Below, piece after piece: positions 23,560 to 36,436 of a DNA stretch of 64,000 nucleotides. The translations under genes were made by a program, and so were the position numbers. The notes beneath the pieces are model-generated. The model made no database searches. It was not told the DNA's origin and saw nothing but the letters and a program-made list of their open reading frames with translations. Location of the stretch: assembly GCF_006345805.1 (NCBI RefSeq), contig NC_043005.1:12958001-13022000 (forward strand), given 5' to 3'. Source of the stretch: Octopus sinensis (taxonomy: Eukaryota). Every line of letters starts with the position of its first letter. The stretch's first letter is position 1.

Positions 23560-25260
23560 CGGGCTGTAGCTTAGCCATGATTGATATAAAGTTTCAGACA
23601 ACACAACATGGCTGATGCATTAGCAAGACTGCTGAGTGGTTCTGATTGCGATTTTGACAAAAGTCACAAAAAAAAAAAAAAAGAAAGAAATTATAATCTG
23701 TCCAGATTTGGAATCGGGAATGAAAATCATGATGGAATGGTTTCCACAATGAAGTCATGAAATATGATTCAGTATTACTCTTTTACTCTTTTACCTGTTT
23801 CAGTCATTTGACTGCGGCCATGCTGGAGCACCGTCTTTAGTCGAACAAATCGACCCCAGGACTTATTCTTTGTAAGCCTATTACTTACTCTATCGGTCTC
23901 TTTTGCCGAACTGCTAAGTTATGGGGACGCAAATACACCAGCATCGGTTGTCAAGCGATTTCCAGGGAACAAACACAGACACACAAACACACACACACAT
24001 ATATACTCTCTATCTTTTACTCTTTTACTTGTTTCAGTCATTTAACTGCGGCCATGCTGGAGCACCGCCTTTAATCGAGCAACTCGACCCCGGGACTTAT
24101 TCTTTGTAAGCCCAGTACTTATTCTATCGGTCTCTTTTGCCGAACCGCTAAGTGACGGGGACGTAAACACACACCAGCATCGGTTGTCAAGCAATGCTAG
24201 GGGGACAAACACAGACACACATACATATATATATATACATATATACGACAGGCTTCTTTCAGTTTCCGTCTACCAAATCCACTCACAAGGCTTTGGTCGG
24301 CCCGAGGCTATAGTAGAAGACACTTGCCCAAGATGCCACGCAGTGGGATTGAACCCAGAACCATGTGGTTGGTTAGCAAGCTACTTACCACACAGCCACT
24401 CCTGCGCCTATATACATATACATATATACGACGGGCTTCCTTCAGTTTCCGTCAACCAAATCCACTCACAAGGTTTTGGTTGACCCGAGGCTATAGTAGA
24501 AGACACTTGCCCAAGGTGCCAGGCAGTGGGACTGAACCCGGAACCTTGTGGCTGGTAAGCAAGCTACTTTCCACACAGCCACTCCTGCTCCTATTATTCA
24601 AGTTAAATAATTATTTCCTAATGGTTGGCCAGAAAAGAAATCTAAATATTAAAGACGGGCATTTAATTGAAAATAAGATAAAAAGATGATGTATTTCAAG
24701 TACTGTTGGCATTTTTTAAATGCTGCAGTTCAATGATTATTCCCAGCTAAATTTACTCAATTACTTGAATATCACAGGTACATAGCACAGTAGTAGTTAT
24801 TGATGCTGGCTGAAAATGCAGTTCGATATAGATGTAGTAGTCAAATTAATGACCTCCACGTCAATCAGTTCTTAACAGACTTTGTAAAGAATATAATGAA
24901 AGGCCCAAAAACCTCTGAACGATGGCATTGAATACATTTCGTCGACGTCTGACCAGAGTACAATAAAATACGGTATGCTGTCACTGAATCGTTCTAAAAA
25001 TGTTCTTGTGTTGCATCGAAAACACCAACAATTTCTAATGGAGCATTAAACAAACTCCGTGATTTTTTTTTCTCCATTGAAAGGACTGCGTGAAACAATA
25101 ATATCCAATAAACGAACTCAATTTACGTCATCAAAAATTGAATTAATCAATTTTTACAATGAAATTAACATCTCCTATTTTTCGACCGGTTTCAATCATG
25201 GAAGTAGAGCGCTCTGTTGAAGCATTCAAATAAGGACGTCAAAATAAAGCCATAGAAATC
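23560..25260 (+). mobile_element. Highly decayed Gypsy-type pol remnant (RNase H end, integrase core), interrupted by SINE B copies
   Basis: ~23570-23670 resembles DIKF..QHG(N)ADAL(S)RL; ~25020-25250 resembles LR.FF...GL.ETI.S...TQFTS...ERSVEAFK. Confidence 0.5.
23777..24588 (-). mobile_element. Tandem SINE B cluster (3' part, full copy, 5' part)
   Basis: Three consecutive B segments in one orientation. Confidence 0.9.
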
Positions 25261-25399
25261 ATTCGTTGAGAGAAAGACATTCAACTGTTTTATTTTCATA
25301 TTGTTTTGTATTAACATCCAGCTTCTAGCAAAAAAAAATCGCCGGCGGTAATGCTGCAGATTCAAAAGCTACGAATGGCTTTTCTTATTATTATAGAAG

Positions 25400-25776
25400 A
25401 CGGTGAACTGGCAGAAACGTTAGCACGCCGGGCGATATGTGTAGCCATATTTCGCCTGTCGTTACGCTGTGAGTTCAAATTCCGCCGAGGTCGACTTTGC
25501 CTTTCATCCTTTCGGGGTCGATAAATTAAGTACCAGTTACGCATTGGAGTCGATGTAATCGACTTAATCCGTTTGTCTGCTCTTGTTTGTCCTCTCTGTG
25601 TTTAGCCCCTTGTGGGTAGTAAAGAAATAGGATCGTTAGCACGCGGGGGAAAATGCTTACCGGCATTTCGTCCTCATTTACATTCTGAGTTCAAATTCTG
25701 CCATGGGTGACTGCCTTTCACCCTTTGAAGGTCAGTGAAATAAGTACCAGATGAACACTGGAATCGAGATAATCGA

Positions 25777-25780
<4 letters not shown>
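25400..25780 (+). mobile_element. SINE A with A2 tail joined to a second, diverged A copy
   Basis: Junction ...gtagtaaagaaatag|gatcgttagcacg at ~25628. Confidence 0.85.
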
Positions 25781-25851
<71 letters not shown>

Positions 25852-26122
25852 TCTCTTTCTCTCACTCTCGCGCGCGAAATTACTGGCCCTATTCCAAAAT
25901 TATTATCATTATTATTGTTGTTGTTGTTATTGTTGTTGTTGTTGTTATTGTTGTCGCTGTTTTCTTTCTTCAAATTTTCTTCTATTTCTCGCCGGGTGCT
26001 TTCCGTCAAGTGTTTGGGGTCAATAAATTAACTACCAGTTGCGTACAGGGGTCGATCTAATCGACTAGCCCTCTACCCACAAATTTCAAGCCTTGTGCCT
26101 AGAGTAGAAAGGATTATCATCA

Positions 26123-26183
<61 letters not shown>

Positions 26184-26202
26184 TAGGAGGAGGAGGAGGA
26201 GT

Positions 26203-26620
26203 GGCTGTGTGGAGGCGCAGGAGTGGCTGTGTGGTAAGTAGCTTGCTTACCAGCCACATGGTTCCGGGTTCAGTCCCACTGCGTGGCACCTTGGGCAAGT
26301 GTCCTCTACTATAGCCTCGAGCCGACCAAAGCCTTGTGAGTGGATTTGGTTGACGTAAACTGAAAGAAGCCCGTCGTATATATGTATATATATATGTGTG
26401 TGTGCGTGTGTGTTTGTGTGTCTGTGTTTGTCCCCCTAGCATTGCTTGACAACCGATGCTGGTGTGTTTACGCCCCCCGTCACTTAGCGGTTCGGCAAAA
26501 GAGACCGACATAATAAGTACTGGGCTTACAAAGAATAAGTCCCGGGTTCGAGTTGTTTGACTAAAGGCGGTGCTCCAGCATGGCCGCAGTCAAATGACTG
26601 AAACAAGTAAAAGAGTAAAG
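26203..26620 (+). mobile_element. SINE B with duplicated 5' tip
   Basis: aggagtggctgtgtgg occurs twice at the head. Confidence 0.9.
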
Positions 26621-26642
26621 CGTAAAGAGTATTATTATTATT

Positions 26643-26683
<41 letters not shown>

Positions 26684-26692
<9 letters not shown>

Positions 26693-26886
26693 CAATGCAT
26701 ACCATCAAAGTAACACTGGGGCAAAATATACGAAACCCAGTATACCCATCATGACTACCCACCTGATAAGGGTATACCAGTCACATATATCACAACCGCA
26801 TGTGTGCGACATGGTGATCTCATATTAAGATAAACAGCGCATGACCTTGCAGGTGGAGCCCACTTAAAATTTTCTTCAAGTCGAGT
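26684..26886 (-). mobile_element. Element E, 3' ~200 bp only
   Basis: Homologous to 18455-18656; terminal GA run expanded, then (ATT)n. Confidence 0.8.
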
Positions 26887-26973
26887 GTTGCAAAGTGTCC
26901 AATGGATAATCCTTGTTCTATTGTCGTGACGTCTCATATTCTTTCTGGGCTAGTGGCGTACATTGATTGGTAA

Positions 26974-27376
26974 CTAGCAGTATCGCCCGGCGTTGATCGG
27001 GTTTGTAAGGGAAATAACTATATAAGCATTTTTAGAGATGTAAAGTATAATAGCCATCTCAATATGGTTAACCACAAGGGGGGGAGGGGTGTTACTGTAG
27101 CTTTTTACGTTCTGAGATTTAATAATAAATTTTTAGAGAGTTACTTCCCTTATATATGCCAAAAATGCATTAAACATGGAAAAAATTCATGGTAAATTTT
27201 TTTTTAAATCGTAGACTCATCGTAGACGCGCGCTAATACCCAGAAGGGCTCGATATGAATCACGACTATAAGATACCCGGTTTTGGTTAAACTGCACCAC
27301 AAAATGTGGGAGTAGTTAGGAATCTAAATCGTAGGAGACAGACACCACACAACCTCTCTTTTATATATAAAGAAGA
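26974..27376 (-). mobile_element. Non-autonomous Helitron (~400 bp)
   Basis: Minus strand: 5'-TC, subterminal hairpin cccgatcaacgccggg, 3'-CTAG, inserted between A and T, no TSD. Confidence 0.72.
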
Positions 27377-27444
27377 TATGCCATACAGTTTCACCATTTT
27401 GTCCACAAATTCTTCACTTAGCACTTTTCTGAGAATCAGAAAGT

Positions 27445-27643
27445 GATTGTTGTTGTTGTTGTTGTTGATGTAGTTGTTGTTGTGGTTGTTGTTGTGGCTT
27501 TGTTGTTGTGGCTTTGTTGTTGTTGTGGTTGTTGTGGTTGTTGTTATGGTTGTTGTTGTTGTTGTTGAGGCTGTTGTGGTTGTTGTGGTTGTTGCTGTGG
27601 TTGTTCTTGTGGTTGTTGTTGCTGTTGTCATTATCGTCATCGC

Positions 27644-27693
<50 letters not shown>

Positions 27694-27698
27694 CCACC

Positions 27699-27732
<34 letters not shown>

Positions 27733-27741
27733 TAATTATTA

Positions 27742-27817
<76 letters not shown>

Positions 27818-27840
27818 ATTATTATTATTATTATTATTCC
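27445..27840. repeat. Compound (GTT)/(ATC)/(ACC)/(ATT) array
   Basis: Direct reading. Confidence 0.95.
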
Positions 27841-27885
27841 ATTGTCTTTGCACAGCTTCTGACGCTGGAGATGTTTTACGATGGT
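27841..27885 (-). mobile_element. ~45-bp 3' tip of the same Dong subfamily as 20968-22456
   Basis: ctttgcacagcttctgacgctggaga matches the reverse complement of 22428-22456; abuts (ATT)n. Confidence 0.75.
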
Positions 27886-28545
27886 GTGCGCACGATGGGA
27901 GGCAGAGATATCGAGATGAAAGTTTGAGTCTGTGGCTTTACAGCAGTAGATAAAGGTGATATAAGAGGAGTGGTGGGTTGTAACCTAAATTTTACGAGGA
28001 CATGCGATACTCCCACTCACAAAAAAAAAAAAATTTACAAAACTTCTAACATGAAGATTATCTTTTTAAGAAGATTATCTCATTTTTACAATTTCGCAGT
28101 TTCCATTTTCTGACTACCTGAAGAAGGTGTAGTGGCCACTTGTCTTGTTTAATTATATACACCTTGCTGTACACAGCAGAATATCAATTCACGGTTTTGT
28201 ATTATCTTGTTTAAAACGAAGATAAAAAATTTTTAGGTTTTCAATATTTATCGTTTGTTCTCTGGAAAGATATACATACACACAGGCACATTACCTATGT
28301 ATGTATGTATATATATATGTGTGTGTATGTGTGAGCATGTGTGTGTGTGTATATATCTGTATGTGTGTGTGCGTGTGTATAATAACTTTTATCTGATGAT
28401 ATAGAACAAAGCAGTCGCCTTTTCAAGTTCAAAGAACGGGGTTAAGAGGACATCTGCGCTTTCTTTGATGTGACAACCCTGTCATAAATTTTAATGATAG
28501 CAACAATAACAGCAAGGAAAATGGATAACAACAACAACGACAACA

Positions 28546-28598
<53 letters not shown>

Positions 28599-30049
28599 TA
28601 GTAAGATTTTCTGTTATAAATTATCTTGACACACTTTTTACATTACATAAAATGAAAGTAATAATAATAATAATAATAATAATAATATAATAATAATAAT
28701 AATAATAGGAAGAAGAAGAAGAAGAAGAAGAAGAAGAAGAAGAAGAAGAAGAAGAAGAAGAACAGCAACAACAACCACAAGTGTTCATAAAAAGATCGCG
28801 GACGACAGAGGACGACACAATGAGAAAATGTACCAAAAATCATGTAAACAAAAGAAATCACAAAAAGAAAGACAAAAGCAAAAATTCAAGCGAAAAAGTT
28901 ACCCAATATTGGGGAGACCCCCAAAAGCAACTTATGGAACCCCTACAATTTCCCTCTAAAGGCAAGTTCCACGCTCCCGAGTTGTCCTTCGTAAGTCTAT
29001 AGGTGCATGCTCAGAGTTGGCCCGTTGATACCGGCCATGCTCGTCTCTTTCGTTCATCATTGAATGAATTTGCTGACTGGCAGCACTTCCATTTTAACTT
29101 TCACTTTCCTTTTCAAGTGAAACTTGAGAAAGTTGATGAAAGCTTCGCCCTGAAGGAAAATGTCTGTCTTCATCCATTTCAGTCTTATTCACCACACAAC
29201 CTCTTTAACCTAAATCACCAGACAGATTTAAAAGCTACCTCTCCTTCCTGATGAAAAGAAGGCAGAGGGACTATCTTCACAATAAATTCACCTTGATTAC
29301 CCCCTACACATGATATCAGCTATTCGGCATAATTCCACAAGTCGGTAACACAATGATAGAGAACGAATGCCTGCAAAACGGTTTCGTTTCCCTGTGTACA
29401 CCCCGGTAGAACCCGGCTAGGAGCACTTCTGTGTCTGTACAGTTTATCGCCAAATGCAAGCACTATGAAACAAGGAAATTTTGGAAATTATCCATTGGGC
29501 CCCGACTCAAAAGCCCACCGTAATAGACCAGCCATTTGATTTTCATCGATGCCAGAATTTCCCCAAGAACATCATCGTTTTTGTCCACCACTAATTTTTC
29601 AAGTAGCATTTCCCAGTTGGTAGAGAACTAAGGGCTTGAAGACTTTCCAGGTGCCAAACGCCATGTCTCAATTTTTGCTTCACCTAGACCGCAGCTCGGT
29701 CAACGATACTAGCTATGAAGAAACGCATATGACATGCGCTTTTCATCGTCTAGGAGAGGCTGGAGATATCGCAACAGACCTGTTCATGCTTGTATAGTTC
29801 AGGCATTACGCTTAAACATACTTTGGGCATGCCGATGTTTTTTTTTTTTTTATCGCCTGGAACTTAATCGTACATCTGCCAGGCTATCTATTATATCGAT
29901 TTCAGCGTCCATTGTTTTTGAAAAGGTTGACAAGAGTTCCCCTGTATAAAGTGAGCGGCTATCAAGTCCATTCCACGCCCAAAGGTTATTTTTCTATTCA
30001 GTAATTTTCTAACCACTGTATTGAGAATTTCACTAATATTACCATATGC

Positions 30050-30371
30050 GTGGAGGCGCAATGGCCCAGTGGTTAGGGCAGCGGACTCGCGGTCGGAGGA
30101 TCACAGTTTCGATTCCCAGACCGGGCGAGGTGTGTGTTTATTGAGCGAAAACACCTAAAAGCTCCACGACGCTCCGGCAGGGGCTGGTGGCAACCTCTGT
30201 TGTACTCTTTCGCCACAACTTTCTCTCACTCTCTCTTCCTGTTTCTTGAGTAACGCTGCGATGTACTGGCGTCCCGTCCAGCTGGGGGGGGGGGAACACA
30301 TATGCCGCAGAAACCGGGAAACTGGGCCCATGAGCCTGGCTAGGCTTGAAAAGGGCGAAAAAGAAAAAAGA
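30050..30371 (+). mobile_element. SINE C1 with 12-bp TSD
   Basis: TSD attaccatatgc at 30038-30049 and 30372-30383. Confidence 0.92.
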
Positions 30372-31126
30372 ATTACCATATGCATTAGAAGAGACGTGTG
30401 CATAATACTCCTCCGTAGCTCATTTAACTACTGAGTATCGCAGCCTGCTATGTATTCACGTCCTAAATCTTGCCCCTCCCCACGAACTATACCACATACT
30501 TGAGAGGAGTATTTACAAGATTGCGGGTATGTCCTTTCATGATGCAATGTCTAGCGTTTGGTTTTAATGTAAACTTACGTATGGTAGTCCTACGTTCACT
30601 TGACTTACATTGTATATTTTGCTATATTTAATTGTCCGATATTTTTCCTGTTATTTATTAATGATTTGAAGAGAGGAGAAATAATCCATTTTGCGTTTTT
30701 GCAATCGAATTCTGTTACTTCTATCTACCGGCAACTAACAATTGCACCAGAATATCGTAGGACACTAATTGTCCAAAAGCAGGGAGCTTCAAATTATCCT
30801 AGGTGTTCTTTAGCAACTTGATCGATTACATATAGCATCAAATCAATAAGTTTCTTATCGACTCGTTTCAACAATCGTTATTTTATTTAGTGGTTTATTG
30901 ATAATACATAAAATCTTGCTGTGAGCTGTATATTGAACTGATTGTAACATTCATATTTTACATTCTGATAGCTTTCCATATAACCAATCGAAGGATCTGC
31001 CATTTTTTTTTTTTTTTTTTGCATAATGTCTACTGGCCTTGATTTATTTCAAAATTTCTTTTGACAGTTCCACGACCTGTGATAAATGATCTCTGTTTTC
31101 TGTCATATCACAACAGACATAATATT

Positions 31127-31782
31127 CTTTTCTACTCTTGGCAGAAGGCCCGAAATTTTGGAGGAGGAGGGGGCCAGTCGATTAGATCGACCCCAGTACG
31201 CAACTGGTACTAAATTTTATCGACCCCGAAAGGATGAAAGCAAAGTCGACCTCGGCGGAATTTGTACTCAGAACGCAAAGACAGACGAAATGCCACTAAG
31301 CATTTCGCCCGGCGTGCTAACGTTTCTTATTTCTTTATTGCCCACAAGGGGCTAAACTTAGAGGGGACAAACAAGGACAGACAAAGGGATTAAGTCGATT
31401 ACATCAACCCCAGGCGGCGAACTGGCAGAATCGTTAGCACGCCGGGCGAAATGCATAGCGTATTTCGTCTGCCGTTACGTTCTGAGTTCAAATTCCGCCG
31501 AGGTCGACTTTGCCTTTCATCCTTTCGGGGTCGATAAATTAAGTACCAGTTGCGCACTGGGGTCGATGTAATCGACTTAATATGTTTGTCTGTCCTTGTT
31601 TCTCCTGTCTGTGTTTAGCCCCTTGTGGGTAGTAAAGAAATAGGTACTTAATTTATCGACCCCGAAAGGATGAAAGGCAAAGTCGACCTCGGCGGAATTT
31701 GAACTCAGAACGTAACGCCAGACGAAATACGGCTACGCATTTCGCCCGGTGTGCTAACGTTTCTACCAGCTCGCCGCCTTAA
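31127..31782. mobile_element. Cluster of SINE A segments in alternating orientation
   Basis: A1(-), A2 tail(-), A2(+) at 31415-31643, A(-) at 31644-31782. Confidence 0.9.
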
Positions 31783-33169
31783 ACGAATATACGCCCACAG
31801 AGGGACTCGAACCCGCGACCCTCAGTAACCTCTAAGGCCACCACAGATGTAATATTAATCCATGTATTATTTACCAGTTTAATTGAACTGCTCTTTACCT
31901 TATGCTAAACAGTCGCTCATTTGCTTTTAAACAAAGACGATAACCTTTCTTTAAAAAAAACCTGCCAACTATCAATAACTTTGACAACTATCAATAACTG
32001 GAGGGGAATGAATCATCTTTTGGTCTTGAAGAGAAGGGCCAGTCGTTGCGAAGCAAGTCTAGATGCGTGAAGAATGTACTTCTGCTCGCAGACACCCACG
32101 GCAATGGTAAAACCAACAAATAAAATGACAAGTTAAATGCTGTTCGTCATTAGAGGAAGGTCAAGTCAAGATGATTTTTTGATATGAGTAGCATTCGTGC
32201 TTTCCTGCTGCTGTCCCAAGATTAGCATATCTCTATCGGATTATCTCAACCTTGTTTATGAAGTCAATGTGGGTTTGGCTTATGGTACCAATGTTGAAAA
32301 TAGATGAGCCCAAATTGCGCCGAAGTCGACTTTGCTTTTCAGCCTTTCGACATCGATAAAATAAGTAACAGCTGAGCAATGGGATCGATTTAACCAGCTA
32401 GCTTTCTTCATCAATTGTTTCTATAGTAGAAATTCTTTCTACTATTTATAGCTTTATCTATTTCGAGTTCTGCCGTTAAAAATGAAATAATTTTGCAAGC
32501 AACATTGCAACGGAGATGCTGGCATATAATTACATCCAAGGATGCGAAACGACGTAGCCTGAATCACAATAACGGGTCGAAGGTTGGTGGGGGTGTACGT
32601 AAAGATATATTTCCGAAAAGAAATCGATAGAAAACTATAAATAACATCCCATTTTAATCTGGTTGCCAAAATGTTAAAACATTTGTTTCTTACAAAAGTT
32701 TAGATGACAAAACAAACATTTTACTCCTTAATAGGAAACATTATAGTTTTTGTGACATTTATTTCAGTAATATAAGTGTATATATTTTTATTGATTTCCT
32801 TCAATTTTTTTTTCTTTCCGTCCAGCAGATTCCGTTTCGCAGTAAAGATTTCATTATTTCATTTTAAAACATTCTAATAATATGATTCAATTATATATCC
32901 TTTTCCCCATATAAAAGTTGAACCAAGCGAATTTTTACGATCGATATTTCAAGTACGATATCTCTCAGTTGAGTAGGCTTCTAGTATTGGTAAAATTTCA
33001 AAATCGATGTTGCCGTCTCATTGTTAAGGAAATTCCGTCGGTTTTGATATTTCAGAGTAAATATAGTACAATACGGCATAAAGGTGAAGTCGATTACAAT
33101 GCACCTATGCGCTAACACTGGCTCACATAAACACATACTCGCGCACACACGTGCGCCGCATAAGGATAT

Positions 33170-33186
33170 GCATTATATGTATATAA

Positions 33187-33217
<31 letters not shown>

Positions 33218-33333
33218 ATTATTCGTATCTGTGTGCATGTGTGAATGTATAAAGTATGTATATGGTGTGTGTGTGTGTATATATATATATGTATATATAT
33301 ATATGTATATAATATATATATATATATATGTAT

Positions 33334-33372
<39 letters not shown>

Positions 33373-33667
33373 GTATATATATATATGTATTATATATATA
33401 TATATATGTATATATGTATATACATATATATATATATGTATATATATATGTATATATGTATATGTGTGTGTGTGTGTGTGTATATATATATGTATATATA
33501 TATATGTATATATATATGTATATATATATGTATATATGTATATACATATATATATGTATATATAATATATGTATATATATATATGTATAATATATGTATA
33601 TATATATGTATATATGTATATGTATATACATATATATATATGTATAATATATGTATATATATATATG

Positions 33668-33701
<34 letters not shown>

Positions 33702-33720
33702 TTGTATGTATGTATATATA
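33170..33720. repeat. (TA)n/(TATATG)n/(TG)n array
   Basis: Direct reading. Confidence 0.95.
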
Positions 33721-34067
33721 AGATGCAAGGAAGTGAACGAAAAAAGAGAGAGAGGGAGAGGGAGGGCGAGAGAAAGAACGAGAGGAGGAGAGAAGATGAG
33801 AGCAAATTGCAAATTCTCAATAGATTGTCAAATAGATCATGGATCTTCCGTCACTTTCCACGATGCATATTCAGTTGTGCGATCAACTGAAATATCTGCC
33901 CGTTAAATTACCGTGTGAAGCAGCTGGTTGCTTCATAGACACAGGAATGCTTAAAGGCCATTCTCGTGCTGCATCATCGCGACACAGGTTCATTCCGACG
34001 AATTTCTACATGTCTTCCGTCTTCAACCACGGCCCGAAGCCATAGCAAAAAAAAAAAACTTTTAATG

Positions 34068-34490
34068 GGCGTGGTTGTGTGGTGAGTAGCTTGCTTCCCA
34101 ACCACATGGTTCCGGATTCAATTCCACATTGGGAAAGTGTCTTCTACTATAGCAAGGGGCCGACAAAAGCCTTATGAGTGGATTTGGTGGACGGAAAATA
34201 AAAGAAGTCTGTCGTGTGTGTGTGTGTGTGTGTGGTGTATGTGTGTGTATGTGTGTCTGCCTGTCTGTCAGTCTGTCAGTCTGTTTGTCTGATTTTTCCT
34301 CTCACCACCGATTGATAGCAGGTGTTGGTGTTTTCGATCCCCGTAACTGAACGGTTCGACAAAAAACATCGATAGAATAAATACCAGGATTTAAAAGAAT
34401 AAAAATATTAAGATCTATCCATTCAACTAAAAATTCTCCAGGGCGGTGCCCCAGCATGACCGCAGTCTAATGACCATGACACGTAAGAGA
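34068..34490 (+). mobile_element. Diverged SINE B-like copy
   Basis: B head, core and ccagcatgaccgcagtc tail. Confidence 0.75.
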
Positions 34491-34809
34491 TAAAAGATAC
34501 CTTAGACTTCATGCAATGGCATCAATGTTGCAGTTGATAAACCGAAATTCTTAAACATTCGGAAATGAAGGAGTTCGATGGATAAATGTAGTTACAGGTA
34601 AACCCTGAATGGTTACCGGAGATACGTTGATAACAAAAAAAAAAAAAACGTTTGGTATGAGGTCGGCTGAAATCCCGGTTATTTCTTTGGATTATCAGTA
34701 TTCCTCGGCAGGGGGGGGGGAAGATTTGGAAGGTGCTGCTTCATCTGATCTCCAGTCGACAGATGATGAGGGTTATATCCCGAAGTGCGTATGTATTCAT
34801 ACACATGCG

Positions 34810-34894
<85 letters not shown>

Positions 34895-34896
<2 letters not shown>

Positions 34897-35030
34897 AGGA
34901 GAATTCACAAAAAAAGACAAAAGACGAAGACAGGTGGTGTACAAAACAAACAGATGTATTAGTATAACGCTCCGGAATTGAAAAAGACCTTTACGTTTCG
35001 AGCCTACGCTCTTCTACAGAAATGAACACA
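34895..35030 (-). mobile_element. Short Penelope-like element G with a degenerate minimal hammerhead (34988-35024) and (TA)n end
   Basis: Reverse complement reads CUGUAGA-a-gagc(guag)gcuc-GAAAC-GUA; homologous to 47398-47530. Confidence 0.55.
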
Positions 35031-35070
35031 GAAAGAAACAAGGAGAGAAAAAAGTGTGTGTAGTTGCTAC

Positions 35071-35116
<46 letters not shown>

Positions 35117-35351
35117 ATATGTGTATATATATACATTATATATATATATTATATATATATTATATATATATATTATATATATATATATATATACACTATT
35201 CTCTTTTAATCTTTTACTTGTTTCAGTCACTCTAGACTTGTTTTTAAACAGAAATCTCCAGGCCTGTCTACGAGTGCCTGTGAATTGGCGATCACATCTA
35301 CAAGTGGTGGTGATCGCGAGTCTAGTGCGGTTGAAAATAATTCACAAAACG

Positions 35352-35434
<83 letters not shown>

Positions 35435-36277
35435 AAGAAGAAGAAGAGCATTATCGCTGTGAAAACAACATCCATCCATGAATTTATTTATTTATTAATT
35501 TTTAAATACATGTTTTATCTGTGAATTTGCGTGTGTAATCTGGGAATGCATACAATGAGCTTCTCTGCCCTAGGTGTATGGAAAACACTCGGCGAGAAAC
35601 GGAAGAAAATTTGAAGAAAGAAGGAAAAACCATAATAATAATAATAATAATAATAGTAATAATAATAATAATAATAATAACAACAACAACAACAACAACA
35701 ACAATAATAATAATAATAATAAAAATAATAAATAATAATAATAATAATATTTTCTGTTATAAATTATCTTGACACACTTTTTGCATTACATAAAATATTC
35801 TTTACATTCTACTGCTGTTTTATTGCTATCTATATACGGGTATCATAAATTTTATGGGTAAAATTGCTCTACTTTACGAGTTTTCGCTCTACGAGCGGTC
35901 TCCGGGAACATATTAACTCGTATATCGAGGTTTTACTGTACGTAATGACGGGAATTGATTCACATGTCTGTCGAATGGCGTCCAACGCGCTAACCACTAC
36001 ACCAAAGTGATTCACCACTCCTTGCTTTTGAATTTAGCACAAGCGAACATATTATTGAAGCAACGAGCATTGTTTATCTCTATTTGCATCGCATAAACTT
36101 GGTTGGTATTTTTTTGATAGCCTCTTAACCTCATACATACATACCTACATACATACATACACACACATAAGCATGTATATACGTATGTGTGTATTCCCGT
36201 ATATAATATGTACGTATGTATACATGTATATGTATATGTGCATATATATATATATATATAAATATATATGTATATAC

Positions 36278-36314
<37 letters not shown>

Positions 36315-36321
36315 TATACAT

Positions 36322-36372
<51 letters not shown>

Positions 36373-36395
36373 ATATCCTACGCAAAATACTAGAG

Positions 36396-36436
<41 letters not shown>

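Noticed and set aside
28115-28180. CTGAAGA followed by an aaggtgta/tacacctt stem
   Set aside because: Lacks the GAAA half of the core.
31790-31850. tRNA-like segments here and at 35950-36008 as tRNA genes
   Set aside because: Missing or unpaired arms; SINE-head remnants. No intact tRNA gene was seen in the window.
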